From Eledone cirrhosa (taxonomy: Eukaryota), in NCBI GenBank assembly GCA_964016885.1, contig CAXHJY010001626.1, forward strand, positions 1 to 60,984: a DNA stretch of 60,984 nt. The letters run 5' to 3'. Every line of letters starts with the position of its first letter. Position 1 is the stretch's first letter. Position numbers and translations under genes: made by a program. This document shows, in pieces, positions 41,020 through 54,362 of the stretch. A model generated the notes under the pieces. It was not told the DNA's origin. It saw only the letters and a program-made list of their open reading frames with translations, and ran no database searches.

Positions 41020-44000
41020 AGAGAGTGATAGACTGGGAGAGGCATGTAGAGAGAGATAGTGCTAGACAGAGAGAGGGATGTAGAGAGAGATAGTGCTAGA
41101 CAGAGAGAGGCATGTAGAGAGAGATAGCGATAGACAGAGAGAGGGATGTAGAGAGAGATAGCGCTAGACAGAGAGAGGCATGTAGAGAGAGATAGCGCTA
41201 GACAGAGAGAGGCATGTAGAGAGAGATAGTGCTAGGCAGAGAGATGTAGAGAGAGATAGTGCTAGACAGAGAGATGTAGAGAGAGATAGTGCTAGACAGA
41301 GAGATGTAGAGAGAGATAGTGCTAGACAGAGAGAGGGATGTAGAGAGAGATAGCGCTAGACAGAGAGAGGGATGTAGAGAGAGATAGCGCTAGACAGAGA
41401 GAGGGATGTAGAGAGAGATAGCGCTAGACAGAGAGAGGGATGTAGAGAGAGATAGCGCTAGACAGAGAGAGGGATGTAGAGAGAGATAGCGTTAGATAGA
41501 GAGAGGCATATAGAGAGAGATAGCGCTAGACAGAGAGAGGCATATAGCGAGAGATAGTGCTAGACAGTGAGAGGCATGTAGAGAGAGATAGTGCTAGACA
41601 GAGAGATGTAGAGAGAGATAGTGCTAGACAGAGAGAGAGGCATGTAGAGAGAGATAGTGCTAGACAGAGAGAGGCATGTAGAGAGAGATAGTGCTAGACA
41701 GAGAGATGTAGAGAGAGATAGTACTAGACAGAGAGAGGCATGTAGAGAGAGATAGTGCTAGACAGAGAGATGTAGAGAGAGATAGTGCTAGACAGAGAGA
41801 GGGATGTAGAGAGAGATAGTGCTAGACAGAGAGAGGCATGTAGAGAGAGATAGTGCTAGACAGAGAGAGGCATGTAGAGAGAGATAGCGCTAGACAGAGA
41901 GAGGGATGTAGAGAGAGATAGTGCTAGACAGAGAGAGGCATGTAGAGAGAGATAGCGATAGACAGAGAGAGGGATGTAGAGAGAGATAGCGCTAGACAGA
42001 GAGAGGCATGTAGAGAGAGATAGCGCTAGACAGAGAGAGGCATGTAGAGAGAGATAGTGCTAGACAGAGAGATGTAGAGAGAGATAGTGCTAGACAGAGA
42101 GATGTAGAGAGAGATAGTGCTAGACAGAGAGAGGGATGTAGAGAGAGATAGTGCTAGACAGAGAGAGGGATGTAGAGAGAGAGAGGCATGTAGAGAGAGA
42201 GAGGGATGTAGAGAGAGAGAGGCATGTAGAGAGAGATAGTGCTAGACAGAGAGATGTAGAGAGAGATAGTGCTAGACATAGAGAGGCATGTAGAGAGAGA
42301 TAGCGCTAGACAGAGAGAGGGATGTAGAGAGAGATAGTGCTAGACATAGAGAGGCATGTAGAGAGAGATAGCGCTAGACAGAAAGAGGGATGTAGAGAGA
42401 GATAGTGCTAGACAGAGAGATGTAGAGAGAGATAGTGCTAGACAGAGAGAGGCATGTAGGGAGAGATAGTGCTAGACAGAGAGATGTAGAGAGAGATAGT
42501 GCTAGACAGAGAGAGGGATGTAGAGAGAGATAGTGCTAGACAGAGAGAGGCATGTAGAGAGAGATAGTGCTAGACAGAGAGAGGCATGTAGAGAGAGATA
42601 GTGCTAGACAGAGAGATGTAGAGAGAGATAGTGCTAGACAGAGAGAGGCATGTAGGGAGAGATAGTGCTAGACAGAGAGATGTAGAGAGAGATAGTGCTA
42701 GACAGAGAGAGGCATGTAGGGAGAGATAGTGCTAGACAGAGAGATGTAGAGAGAGATAGTGCTAGACAGAGAGAGGGATGTAGAGAGAGATAGTGCTAGA
42801 CAGAGAGAGGGATGTAGAGAGAGATAGTGCTAGACAGAGAGGCATGTAGAGAGAGATAGTGCTAGACAGAGAGATGTAGAGAGAGATAGTGCTAGACAGA
42901 GAGATGTAGAGAGAGATAGTGCTAGACAGAGAGAGGCATGTAGGGAGAGATAGTGCTAGACAGAGAGATGTAGAGAGAGATAGTGCTAGACAGAGAGAGG
43001 GATGTAGAGAGAGTGCTAGACAGAGAGAGGGATGTAGAGAGAGATAGTGCTAGACAGAGAGAGGGATGTAGAGAGAGGTAGTGCTAGACAGAGAGAGGCA
43101 TGTAGAGAGAGATAGTGCTAGACAGAGATGTAGAGAGAGATAGTGCTAGACAGAGAGAGGCATGTAGAGAGAGATAGTGCTAGACAGAGAGATGTAGAGA
43201 GAGATAGTGCTAGACAGAGAGATGTAGAGAGAGATAGTGCTAGACAGAGAGAGTGATGTAGAGAGAATGCTAGACAGAGAGAGGGATGTAGAGAGAGATA
43301 GGGCTAGACAGAGAGATGTAGAGAGAGACAGAGAGAGGGATGTAGAGAGAGATAGTGCTAGACAGAGAGAGGGATGTAGAGAGAGATAGTGCTAGACAGA
43401 GAGAGAGAGAGATGTAGAGAGAGATAGTGCTAGACAGAGAGATGTAGAGAGAGATAGTGCTAGACAGAGAGAGGGATGTAGAGAGAGATAGTGCTAGACA
43501 GAGAGAGGCATGTAGAGATAGTGCTAAACAGAGAGATGTAGAGAGAGATAGTACTAGACAGAGAGATGTAGAGAGAGATAGTGCTAGACAGAGAGATGTA
43601 GAGAGAGATAGTGCTAGACAGAGAGAGTGATGTAGAGAGAATGCTAGACAGAGAGAGGGATGTAGAGAGAGATGTAGATAGAGATAGTGCTAGACAGAGA
43701 GAGGCATGTAGAGAGAGATAGTGCTAAACAGAGAGATGTAGAGAGAGATAGTACTAGACAGAGAGATAGTGCTAGACAGAGAGATGTAGAGAGAGATAGT
43801 GCTAGACAGAGAGAGTGATGTAGAGAGAATGCTAGACAGAGAGAGGGATGTAGAGAGAGATAGGGCTAGACAGAGACAGAGAGAGGGATGTAGAGAGAGA
43901 TAGTGCTAGACAGAGAGAGAGATGTAGAGAGAGATAGTGCTAGACAGAGAGATAGTATTAGACAGAGAGATGTAGAGAGAGATAGTGCTGAACAGAGAGA

Positions 44001-44040
44001 TGTAGTGATAGACTGAGAGAGAGAGAAAGAGTTGTAGAGA
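41020..44040. repeat. About 3 kb purine-rich satellite with 30/34/36-bp units
   Basis: Unit atgtagagagagatagtgctagacagagagagg(c); length varies by AG steps. Confidence 0.97.
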
Positions 44041-44394
44041 GATATATTAATGGAGACAAGGGAGAGATAGAGAGACAGCAAATATTTGATTGATTTCCTG
44101 AGATACAAACGGAAGCGAATAAAAAAAAAAGTGCACTGTTTAACAGAACTATCGATCTTACTGACATGGCTGAATGACCCCTAGTTGTTGATGGCAGCTG
44201 TAATCACAGTTGACTAGACCAGGGAACATCACGTACCTTGTGAAATCTCTTAGCATCACGGACGGTCAACCCTAAAATACTATAAATGTCGCCATCTACA
44301 CATCTCCAATCTCCATCACACATAGACAATTTTATCAGCAGTTTTCACAGGCTTCAACATACTACGCTTTATGATGATGATGGCGGTGATGGTC

Positions 44395-44670
44395 TTTAAT
44401 TTAGGCACAAGGCCAGCAATTTTGATGTGTGGGGGAAAATCGACCACGAATGCTTCACAGTTTATTTTATCAAAACACCCGCCCCACTACCATTGAAAGA
44501 ATGAAAGGCAGAGTTGACCATAGTGGGATTTAAACTCCGAACTTAAACAGCCGAAACAAATACCAGGTGGTATTTTTTCGATGCTCGAACCGTTAGAGTC
44601 TAACGATTCTGTTAATCCACCACCCTCAAAAACAACAATAACTGTTTCTACTTTAGGCACAAGGCCAGCT
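44395..44670 (-). mobile_element. SINE family A copy plus a second tail fragment
   Basis: ttaggcacaaggccagc occurs twice; gaatgaaaggcagagttgac core. Confidence 0.7.
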
Positions 44671-44699
44671 CGACTCTCACACACCTTTCAAAAAACTGT

Positions 44700-45490
44700 T
44701 TGGAAAGCAGCACTTCCCTCTCTATCTTGATTTAATCTTTAAGTGAAACCTGAAAAAGTTAATCAGGGCATCGCTGAAGAGGAAGGTGTATGTCTTCAAC
44801 CCATTCAGACATGTCCACCACACGACTTCTTTCACCATGGTCACAAGGTAAATACAAACTGCCTGCCCTTCCCGGTTAAAGGAAGGCGGCGAGGCGATCT
44901 TGACGATGGACACAGTTGATAGCCGAATCCGTCCCACACATGACATCAGGTGTTCGACATAAACCTACAAGTCAGCAATAGTCAGACACTCGACGAATGC
45001 GTGCAGGACGGTTTCGTCGTCCAGCGCGCATCTCGGATAGGCCCGGTTGGAAGTACTTTTATGCCTGTAGAGTTTATCTCGAACTGGCAGTGCTCTCCGG
45101 TAGCACTGCCAAGCTAGGGATCTCTGGAAGTTATCCATGGTGCCTGGACCGAAAGTTCTCCGGAAAAAATTAGCTAGTTGATTATCGTCGACGTCCAGGA
45201 CTCTTCAATAACGTCGTCGCTTTTATCTTCCACTAACCCTCAATAGAAAGCCATGGTGGAGTCTCCACCGATCGTACTGTCCGGTTGGTAGAGGAATGTG
45301 AGCGCTTGAAGACATTCCAGTCTCCAAGCGCTTCCTCTCGGTCTTCGCTTGACCCAGAACTGCAGTTCCGTCAAGGAGACGAGCTGGGGGAAAACGTGTT
45401 TCGCGAACGGCGACTACATCTGTTCACCGTGAAGGAAGAGTTGGAGATGCCGTAGCCTCAGCGCATGTTTGTGCATAATCAGCCACGAAA
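44700..45490 (-). pseudogene. L1/Tx1-clade LINE ORF2 C-terminal fragment (zf-RVT region)
   Basis: Minus translation HALRLRHLQLFL ... AWQCYRRALPVRDKLYRH...YPRCALDDETVLHAFVEC, with stops. Confidence 0.8.
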
Positions 45491-45904
45491 GGCTAATAAT
45501 GAATAGACCATAACGGGTTGTTGACAGAAAAACAACCAGATTCATCTGGTTAAATAAGATACAGACGTCACACACACCCTACCGCCAGGGAAGGACTAAT
45601 ATCAAGGATGTCTTAATGAAGGAAGGCAGCGAATTGGCAGAGCTGTTAGGGTGTCGGATAATCCATTAGTAGTTTCGATTCTCTCACTCGAAGAATCGGC
45701 TGTGTTCAGACCAGAAGAAAGATGGGCGCCGCCAAGTTCATAGTGCCCTTACCCCAAGATTCCATTAAGAGTTATGGGAACAGTGGCTTAATGAAATAAT
45801 TTATACCAATTCTTTAGAAAAACCTTCCAAGGAGATAGCATTGACACCAATAACTGCTGTTGACGGCAGCCGCCAAGTAAGAATAAATAAAAATATTTGT
45901 GTGA

Positions 45905-46205
45905 GTGTATGTTGGACCTCCGTCGATTCTGACGACGAATGTTCCAGATGTTCAAACAACGGAATATAGTGCTGGTGAAATTAACGTGCAAGTGGCTGAG
46001 CATTCCACACGCAACGTAGTTCTCATGGAGATTCAGCGTGACACGGTGTGTGGCAAAGTTGGCTCTTTGAATTATAGGTACAACAGGTAAGTGGACTGGA
46101 GTAGTGTGAAATAAAGTGTCTTGTTTAAGGACACAACGTATTGATTGTAATTCAACTGCATTATGGTCGTGAGAGGAACACTCGTCACGAAGCCACGTAC
46201 CTTCA
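45905..46205 (-). mobile_element. CORE-like SINE
   Basis: gtgtgaaataaagtgtcttgtttaaggacacaac; related copy at 49330-49590. Confidence 0.7.
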
Positions 46206-46379
46206 CAAAAAGAAAACTCCACCAAAATAGAATAGGAGAGGGGGGGGGGGACTGAGTAGCACAATTAATAAACGAAAGGTGGGGATCGTCAGATCGGACC
46301 ACGGAAACTATTTTCGTTGTTCTTTCTATTTCTTATACTATCTGCCATTCACAAGGGGAGGGATTTCAACACATAACGC

Positions 46380-46580
46380 ACAGAACCGGAACAAATACTG
46401 TTCGACGCTTTAACAATTCTGCCAATCCACTGCCTCTGGACAAGTACTTTATTTATCGATCCTCGAAAGGATGAAAGGTAAAGTTGACTATGGTGGGATT
46501 TGAACTACGAACGTAAAGAGCCGGAACAAATACCGCGACACTTAATCCGACATAGTAACAACTTTGCCAATTCCCCGCCT
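46380..46580 (-). mobile_element. SINE family A (one copy plus a head fragment)
   Basis: aaggatgaaaggtaaagttgac...gggatttgaac; tgccaat occurs twice. Confidence 0.75.
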
Positions 46581-48698
46581 ATAACAGAATTTAAAAAAAA
46601 AAAGCAGGGGAAAGAAATTGTAAGGAATAAAACGCTACATGTTTGGATAAACAGTATATCTCATCTGCAGGTCGTGAAAACGTTGCCGCTGCATCAGACA
46701 TTTTACCTCCGTCATCATGTGGGATGATGCCATCATCCCGATTTGGCAGAGGAAAACGGCATTTCGAAGACCAGAGATACCAGGGGTATCAATGTCGATC
46801 AGCCCAAACTAGAATCGGTCCATCAATGCCTGGTATTTGGTTATCTCCGCTCTTCTGTATTATGGGCAGGTTTGTTGTGACTGAAACGATGTGGTAAGCA
46901 CCTGAGAAACTAGATAAGGCTAACGAGACTGGAATTAGCAATGGTCTCAGAGGATGTAAAATTAATTGAAAAAATGTATAAGGTGCAAATATGCAAATTG
47001 ACAATTGTAAGGTGCAAATATCATTAGCAGAATATTATTGACTTGAGATGGCAGAGATGATTATACAGCGTTAATTAATTAAATCATAATTAAAATTATA
47101 TTTCAGATAATAAATTCTCAAAGCCAACAAAACCAAATTGTGAAAAGAAAGCGAAAAATAGGCTGAATACAAAAGAAGCCGCAACTTTTTTTTTTAGAAA
47201 AACCATAAACAAATTCTCCCGAGAACTAAAAAACAATAGGAAAACACATTTTCGTTTATTTTTATAAATTTTAATTTTTTTTTTTGCTCATAAAATTTCT
47301 CTGAATTACTACGTCGAGGCAGATTCAAAACCCTGGATGTTCGATTTCTTATACAAATTGATGTACACTAGAATTCCAACGATCTAATCGTTACAGGCCA
47401 CGATCGACAACTTTCCTTAATAATCCTATGTCTTATTTATTTGCTAAACATCTGCTATAAGTTAGTGTGTTCTATACCTGTAGTTAATACAGCACATAAC
47501 GAATGGATACGCTTATTCTAATTGTCAGTCGTATTTCTTCGTCAAATTTGGGTTTTAACTTCCATAATTCTCTTATAACAAAAGTAAACACAATGCATAT
47601 AATTTATTGGACACTGGCGATAATTTGCACATGACAATAGCTCAGTTATGGATAAGAGGGAAGTGCCGAGAGCTGAATATAAGAATACATTTTCAATGTA
47701 TACAGAATAGTCTAAATGTGATACAAACAACGCTAACACCAATTAAACTGGACCACTGAATATACAATCGTGTGTGAAGGTGTTAGACTTACGATCATAA
47801 TGTCGTGGGGTCGATTCCTGGACCAGATTGTTCGTCCTGTCCAAGATGCTTCATTTCATGTTATCAGTCCATTAAGCTGGCGGGGAAATAAGTACCAGAA
47901 GCTGTGCTTCCAGCTCGGAGAGGATTCTTTTTACGATCGGGACCCTTATCATTAAGGCAACGGTGAAGCCTCCCGAGAGATACAACCTCGTAGGAGACCA
48001 ATTAGATCTATGCGTGGCAGGAAACAAGGGTGTAAACAACAATTAAGATCAATCGTTCGTATCTTTTTTTTATATTCATAGATATAATTTATAAGTTAGA
48101 TCCAAAAGTTAAATCTGTAGAAATTTAAAGAAGTTATTCAATTGCTGATGAAATTCCAACACAATATTGAATCTAGTTCGGCTGATCCTTCTCTCTTGTT
48201 GTTCACGAAGCTATTGTATATACAAGGTGTTTACATAACTAATATATGCAGTATTAGCTAAAATCTATAGATATATTCTGTAATGCACAGAACTTTCCAA
48301 GCTTTTTATATTGACAACACACTAAAAAAATATAACTTATAGGCTTTGTTAGTGTCATGAAATTAATATGTTGTTGTTGTTACTGCTAGGGGGTCTCCTA
48401 TGAGGTTGAATCTTATAGAAAAGTTTCTTGGGTGGTTTATGATAGGGGGCCATAGTCCGATCGTAACAGATTAACAAGTAAATAAATATTACTCAAGTGA
48501 GTATACATGTCTAATTGTGTCATATGTCTAATTGCACACAGGGTTGTCAAATATCAAATATACTTCACACTCTGCGTCATCTTCGGCAAGCTGCTTCACA
48601 TAAAAAAAATTGTTCCGATTTGACTTAATTTCATGGCACTCCTAGAGATTACCGGTGTCACACTAAAGAGCTGCATCACACAGTTTGGAAACCTCTTG

Positions 48699-49302
48699 TA
48701 TAGCAGGTTAAAATAATGATTTCTAGTATAGGCACAAGGCCAGTAATTTGGGGGCAGGGGAAAGTCGATTAAATCGACCCCAGTACGTTACTGGTGCTTT
48801 ATTTTATCGACCCCGTAAGGATGAAAGGCAAAGTTAACCTCGGTGGGATTTGAACTCAGACCGTAAAGAGGCGTAACTCTATGCTGCAAAGCATGCCGTT
48901 CGACTCCCTTCCGATACTGCCAAATCCACCACCCTATAGCAGATTAAAATAATTGTTTCTACTTTAGGCACAAGGCCAGCAATTACCCAGTGCATTACTG
49001 GTACTTTATGTTATCGACCCCGTAAGGATGAAATGCAAAGTCAACCTCGGCGGGATTTGAACTCAGATCGTAAAGGGACGTAACTATGTTGGAAAGCATG
49101 GCGTCCGACCCTCTACCGATACTGCCAATCCGCCTTAAAATAATTAAATAATATTAGTAGTTTAGAAAATAATTGTTTCTACTTTTGGCACAAGGCCAGC
49201 AATTACCCAGTGCATTACTGGTACTTTATTTTATCGACCCCGTAAGGATGAAAGGCAAAGTTAACCTTGGCGGGATTTGAACTCAGTAGTTTAGAAAATA
49301 AT
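48699..49302 (-). mobile_element. Three same-orientation SINE family A insertions, each with its own target-site duplication
   Basis: TSDs tatagcagRttaaaataat (48699/48935), ttaaaataatt (48943/49135), agtagtttagaaaataat (49156/49285). Confidence 0.92.
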
Positions 49303-49859
49303 GTTTTCGAATAACAACATACGTATTGATTTCAACGATGAGCACTCAGCCGTTCGATCAAGTGAACGTCCAATTTGTGAATTAACTTATGTCTGAGTAT
49401 TCCACAGACACGTGTACCCAAGCCGAATCAACATGTCATAATATATGACAAGACTAGACAATTTAACTTTAATTCCCAAAGGTTTGTGTCGACGTGCGGT
49501 TATAGTAAAAACACGTGTCCAAGACGCCACGTAGTTAAGATCAAACCCAGAATGTCATGATTGACAAGCGAACTTCTTAACGACTTAGACACAACATATT
49601 AAATATATCCACCCACTCCAATATTAAATATGACGGCCCTAACTTTACTGCTAATTTTCGGAAAGATGCGTCTCAACCATACAGCTCGGTATCAATAGCA
49701 ACCATTTCTTTATATTTCAACAACAACAAAGAACGGGAAAATAAGAAGCAGTTAGAAACAATATTCTTCAGCAGTGACCTGGTGAATTTGGCTGAAGACC
49801 GCAAGTTGTTGAAAGGTCATCATACAATATACAAGTGGAACCCGTTTCTTCTACAACAA

Positions 49860-50170
49860 CTACAACGGTACGCGATGGGGCCCACCCACAGCCCCGGCGG
49901 ACAGAATGGAGAAGGCGTTTCCCCGGAGGACGGCGAGGGAGACGCGCTGGAAGAGACACTTCAACTCGCGGGGCTCACACCTGCGGCTGGCCAGCTCAGC
50001 GCCTATGGTGGTGAGTAAGGAGGTAGCCCTGGGGCCGAGGACACCAGAAGTCTCCACTGCCAGGGGTACGACCGCAAACCTGTCGGAGAGCGTCCGGTAT
50101 TTGAGGAGTTTGGCCCCCTCAGCCCGACGTGCAGCAGAACCTGGGTCAGTTGCAGTATCGGCCGCTTTCT
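49860..50170 (-). pseudogene. C-terminal REL endonuclease region of a CRE-like non-LTR retrotransposon
   Basis: SAARRAEGAKLLKYRTLSDRFAVVPLAVETSGVLGPRATSLL...LFQRVSLAVLRGNAFSIL. Confidence 0.85.
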
Positions 50171-50177
50171 GATAAAT

Positions 50178-50350
50178 TTATAGCTGTGTAGACTTCTGGC
50201 GTTTTGAGCCCTCGAACCACCTCCCTACTCACTACTAACGGGAAGGAGTTGGCCACTCACAAGAGTAAGCCATGCGAGCTAGAATGGCTATTTCAACGCC
50301 TCTCCTTCGCTATCCTCCGGGTTAACGCTTTCTCTATTCTGCCCGCTGGT
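50178..50350 (+). pseudogene. Second CRE-like REL fragment, head-to-head with the first
   Basis: TSGVLSPRTTSLLTTNGKEL...LEWLFQRLSFAILRVNAFSIL. Confidence 0.8.
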
Positions 50351-50498
50351 ACCTTGAAGCGGCATGCGCCTGGGGTTCTGAGAGCGTTCTTCCACATTGT
50401 CCACATATATCATTGTGGTAGCGATAGTGGTTGTTTGTATATCTACGACACATACACAGATGGAAACTTCCTTAACATATATTGCTGTGCAGATTAAG

Positions 50499-50539
50499 AG
50501 AAGTCAAACGAAGGGTTTTGTTCGAAACGTTTGACTTCT
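50499..50539 (+). ncRNA. Hammerhead remnant whose 5' core is overwritten by an inverted copy of its 3' flank
   Basis: agaagtcaaacg-aagggttttgttc-gaaa-cgtttgacttct: 12-bp perfect inverted repeat around ..CGA..GAAACGUU. Confidence 0.45.
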
Positions 50540-50556
50540 GTTCTTCACAAGAAGCA

Positions 50557-50727
50557 TCGGTGGAGGGTCGGACGCCATGCTTTCCAGCATAATTACGTCC
50601 TTTACGGTTTGAGTTCAAATCCCATCGCGGTTAACTTTGCCTTTCATCCTTACGGGGTCAATAAAATAAAGTACCAGTAATGTACTGGTTATTTGCTGGC
50701 CTTGTGCAAAAAGAAGAAACAATTATT
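50557..50727 (+). mobile_element. SINE family A
   Basis: Same consensus as the copy at 15841. Confidence 0.9.
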
Positions 50728-51011
50728 TAAGCCTGCATGTAGTTTGGGGGTTAATCATTTTACAAACCAGGCGCGATGCTTTGCAGTTTATACATGCACG
50801 CTCATTCAATTACACATTTCAACAGGGGATGCTAGTGTTGCTGTATAAACATTTCTGGGACAACCTAAAGCACTCATAACTCCAAGGGTGATAGCGTGGC
50901 TGAAACACTGGAACAGCCAAACTCCCATCTACATTTTAATTAACCTTCAGCTACTATCATAGGAAGGTAGGGTGAGAGAATGCCGAGGCATAAATACAGT
51001 TTAATGCTTAT

Positions 51012-51365
51012 CCCCCTAAGATTTTATTCTTAATAATGTATACGTTTTAATGAAATTTTGCAAAGAAAATATAGATTACGATTATGTTGAAATTATAATT
51101 TTCTTTTCACCTCCCCCTCCCCACAATTCCTGTAGAGCTGACATTATGTTCCTACTATCTTGATTGGTATTGTTCATCATCAAAATGAAATTGGAAGGTA
51201 TGAAGAACAAATTTCGTAAGTTGGAAAGAACTGATGACTAAAACCAACGGAAATATCTAAAAAAAACAATTACTTATTTTTCAATATCATCGACATAAGC
51301 GTAATCTATACCTGGGATAAAATTTTAATTAAAATTGATACATTATTAAGAAAGTTATGAGGGGG
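51012..51365. mobile_element. MITE with ~80-bp imperfect terminal inverted repeats
   Basis: cccctaagattttattcttaataatgtat...tagattacg versus cgtaatcta...atacattattaagaaagttatgagggg; related copy near 53020-53470. Confidence 0.7.
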
Positions 51366-51849
51366 ACAAAGTCGGGATAGGACAAAAGGCTGTCGAAGAC
51401 TAAAATTCACAGAGAAACTATATATTTATTTACTAACACTGTTACAATATAGAAGAGAGTTAAGAAGGTTACGTTTCAAAAATTTACAAAATCCTACACC
51501 AAATTTAAGACCTTGTTTAATACATTAACGGTATCTTATGTGTAAATTCCTTTCGAGGTCGATAGATAAAATACCAGTCGACTATTGAGTTCGATCTCCT
51601 TTCTTTCTTTATCTGGGAGAATGTAGTGTTACGATGTGGAAAGGGTGGGACTCTAATAGGCTTAAAATGCACGACATACGCTGTATGTCAGGTCAACGAC
51701 CCTTAACGACACCATCAAGAGTTAACTACATTTTACATTTTATGTATAAATATGTTGTCTATGTTAATTCTTCTATTCAGATATTAAACAATAAATAGAA
51801 GAAAACAGAGTATAAATACTTAACAACAACAACAAAGAAAAACTAATGA

Positions 51850-52200
51850 AATAATTGTTTCTACTTTAGGCACAAGGCCAGCAATTACCCAGTGCATTAC
51901 TGGTACTTTATTTTATCGACCTCGTAAGGATGAAAGGCAAAGTCAACCTCGTCGGGATTTGAACTCAGATCGTAAAGGGACGTAACTATGCTGGAAAGCA
52001 TGGCGTTCGACCCTCTACCGATACTGCCAACCCACTATCTAAAACATAGCAAGAGACAATTGTTCTACTATTGGCACAAGGCCAGCAAATACCCAGTGTA
52101 TTACGCATACTTTATTTTATCGACCCCGTAAAGATGAAAGGCAAAGTTAACCTCGGCGGGATTTGAACTCAGAATGGCAAGGGCCGTAACTCCATGCGTC
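51850..52200 (-). mobile_element. Two tandem SINE family A copies
   Basis: Tails at 51850 and 52058. Confidence 0.9.
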
Positions 52201-53889
52201 AGCAAGAGATAATGATGCAGGGACCACTGTGTATTGCAGTCTCCGTATATATTGTTTATGTTCTATTGTGTTAGAAGTGATTTTCTGGTTAACATTTTCG
52301 TCTCGTCTATCGATTATTTTTTCTTGGAAATTATTATGAATTTGTTTCCTCTTTAAAATTCATAACATTCACGCTCTATCTCTCTCATACTTCCTAAATT
52401 CTTCACTTATTTTCCTCTATTCTTTTAAATCTAAAAAAAAACACATTATAATAAAACTACGAGGATATCTAAAGTGAAAAGGCAGAGAAAAACAAATATA
52501 CAATACGAGGTTAATTGTGTATTTAGGCCTGGCATATATAGCATGCATGCATACTCAGAGCTTTTAGTATCTATATGTGTGTGTGTAAGTGCGTGTTTGT
52601 ATAAACGTTAACACGGTGTGTTATATGAATACACGTCAATACGGTATATGAGTGTGTGTGTGCAAATAGATTTGCTGAGGTCATCGAGATTGTTGCTGCA
52701 ATCCGGTTGAAATTAAAGGGAGACAACTGGACATAGCCACACATGTCGGCCGATAGGTGCAATGTAGTCGGTGCATTCTTTCAACATGTGGCCGACCGAG
52801 ATTTTATATACGCTGACAGACTTCGCGCTCTAAAGCGTTTGTTTTTTTTTTTGTTTTTCAATATTACGTAAACACATACGAGCGAAAAATGTTTTGCACA
52901 TTAAAAATAAGATTAAATGTGGAACCTCTTTATAAATATAGCTTACTCAGATAAAGTATTTAATAATATAAAGACATGACTGCAGTTTAGTCTCCACTCC
53001 GACTTTGTTTACATAATAAATCACACTTTTTAAGTGAAATATTATAGAGATACGTTTTCGAAAGTGTAGATTACAATCATACTGGTGAAATCCCTCTCTC
53101 TCTATCTTTACTTCAGAATCGTAGAAATGATATTACTCAAAATTTGACCTTATCCTAGCTGATATTATTCATTATCAACATGAAATTCGAAAGCATAGAA
53201 AAAGCATTTCCCGAGTTTATGTTCAGCCTGCTACAAATACAAATCGAATGTATTCAGTAAATCATATATTTTTAAGGTCCCTAGCAATAATTAATTGTAT
53301 TCAATAAATGAAAGCATTAATTAACTATACAACAATGAAAATATTTTTAAAAACATTAAATCAATATTTTTAAATTGCATCAACACAATCGTACTCTACA
53401 CCTTGGAAAACATACCTCTGCAAAATTTCGTAAACGATATGATGCATTATTGAGAAAGTTATGAGAAAACAAAGACGAGGTGGGCGTACTAACACTAAAC
53501 TGTAGCTATACCGTTATTTCTTTATCTTCCTGTTGACATATGACTCGGAAGTAGTAGAACGAGTGCAACACCAATCTCATAAATATTTTCTATAGTATAA
53601 CATATCTCTCATTAAGTTACATCATCGACTACATTGAAAACAGACAGAAAAGAAACTGAACATTCCAACATAAAAATGTACTATTTTCTACTGAATCATC
53701 GATATTAAAACAAAGCTGTTACAGAGGAGGGGGGGCGGCTGGAACCCGCGGTATTTAACACCAGGTCAACCTGCCATGATAGACGACACTTAATATTTAA
53801 CTGATTTCACTCATTAGACTGCGGCCAGTGCTTTTTTTTTTTTTTTTCATACTTATTTTACAATTAAAACTACAAACCCTCCATCTCAA

Positions 53890-53933
53890 TTCTACTTTTG
53901 AAAAGCACAAGAACTGCGAAACCGTTAAAGGAA
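53890..53933 (+). ncRNA. Minimal hammerhead, U3-A8 core variant (second copy)
   Basis: uucuaCUU-UUGAAAA-GCA caagaac UGC-GAAA-ccgu-UA/AAGgaa, then AATAAA, ~65-nt tail and (AT)n. Confidence 0.65.
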
Positions 53934-54007
53934 CCAAATAAATATTTTTTTTTTAAAAAGACGCCAGTTGCATTTTCGATTTCATTTTTTTTCCTTATAT
54001 ATATATA

Positions 54008-54362
54008 TGTTTCTAATTTTGGCACAAGGCCAGCAATTATCGCAGTGCATTACTGGTACTTTATTTTATCGACTCCGTAAAGGCAAAGTTGACCTCGGCG
54101 GGACTTGAACTCAGACCTTAAAGGGCCATAACTATGCCGCAAAGCATGTTGTTCAACCCTCTGCCGATACTGCCAATTCACCGCAATAATAATTGTTTCT
54201 ACATTTGGCACAAGGCCAGCAATTAGCCAGTGCATTAGTGGTACTTTATTTATCGACCCCGTAAGGATGAAAGGAAAGTTAACCTCGGCAGGAACTAAAC
54301 TCAGACTGTAAAGGGCCATAGTTTTGTGCTGCAAAGCATGGCGTCCGACCTTCTACCGATAC
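54008..54362 (-). mobile_element. Two tandem SINE family A copies
   Basis: Tails at 54008 and 54188. Confidence 0.9.
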
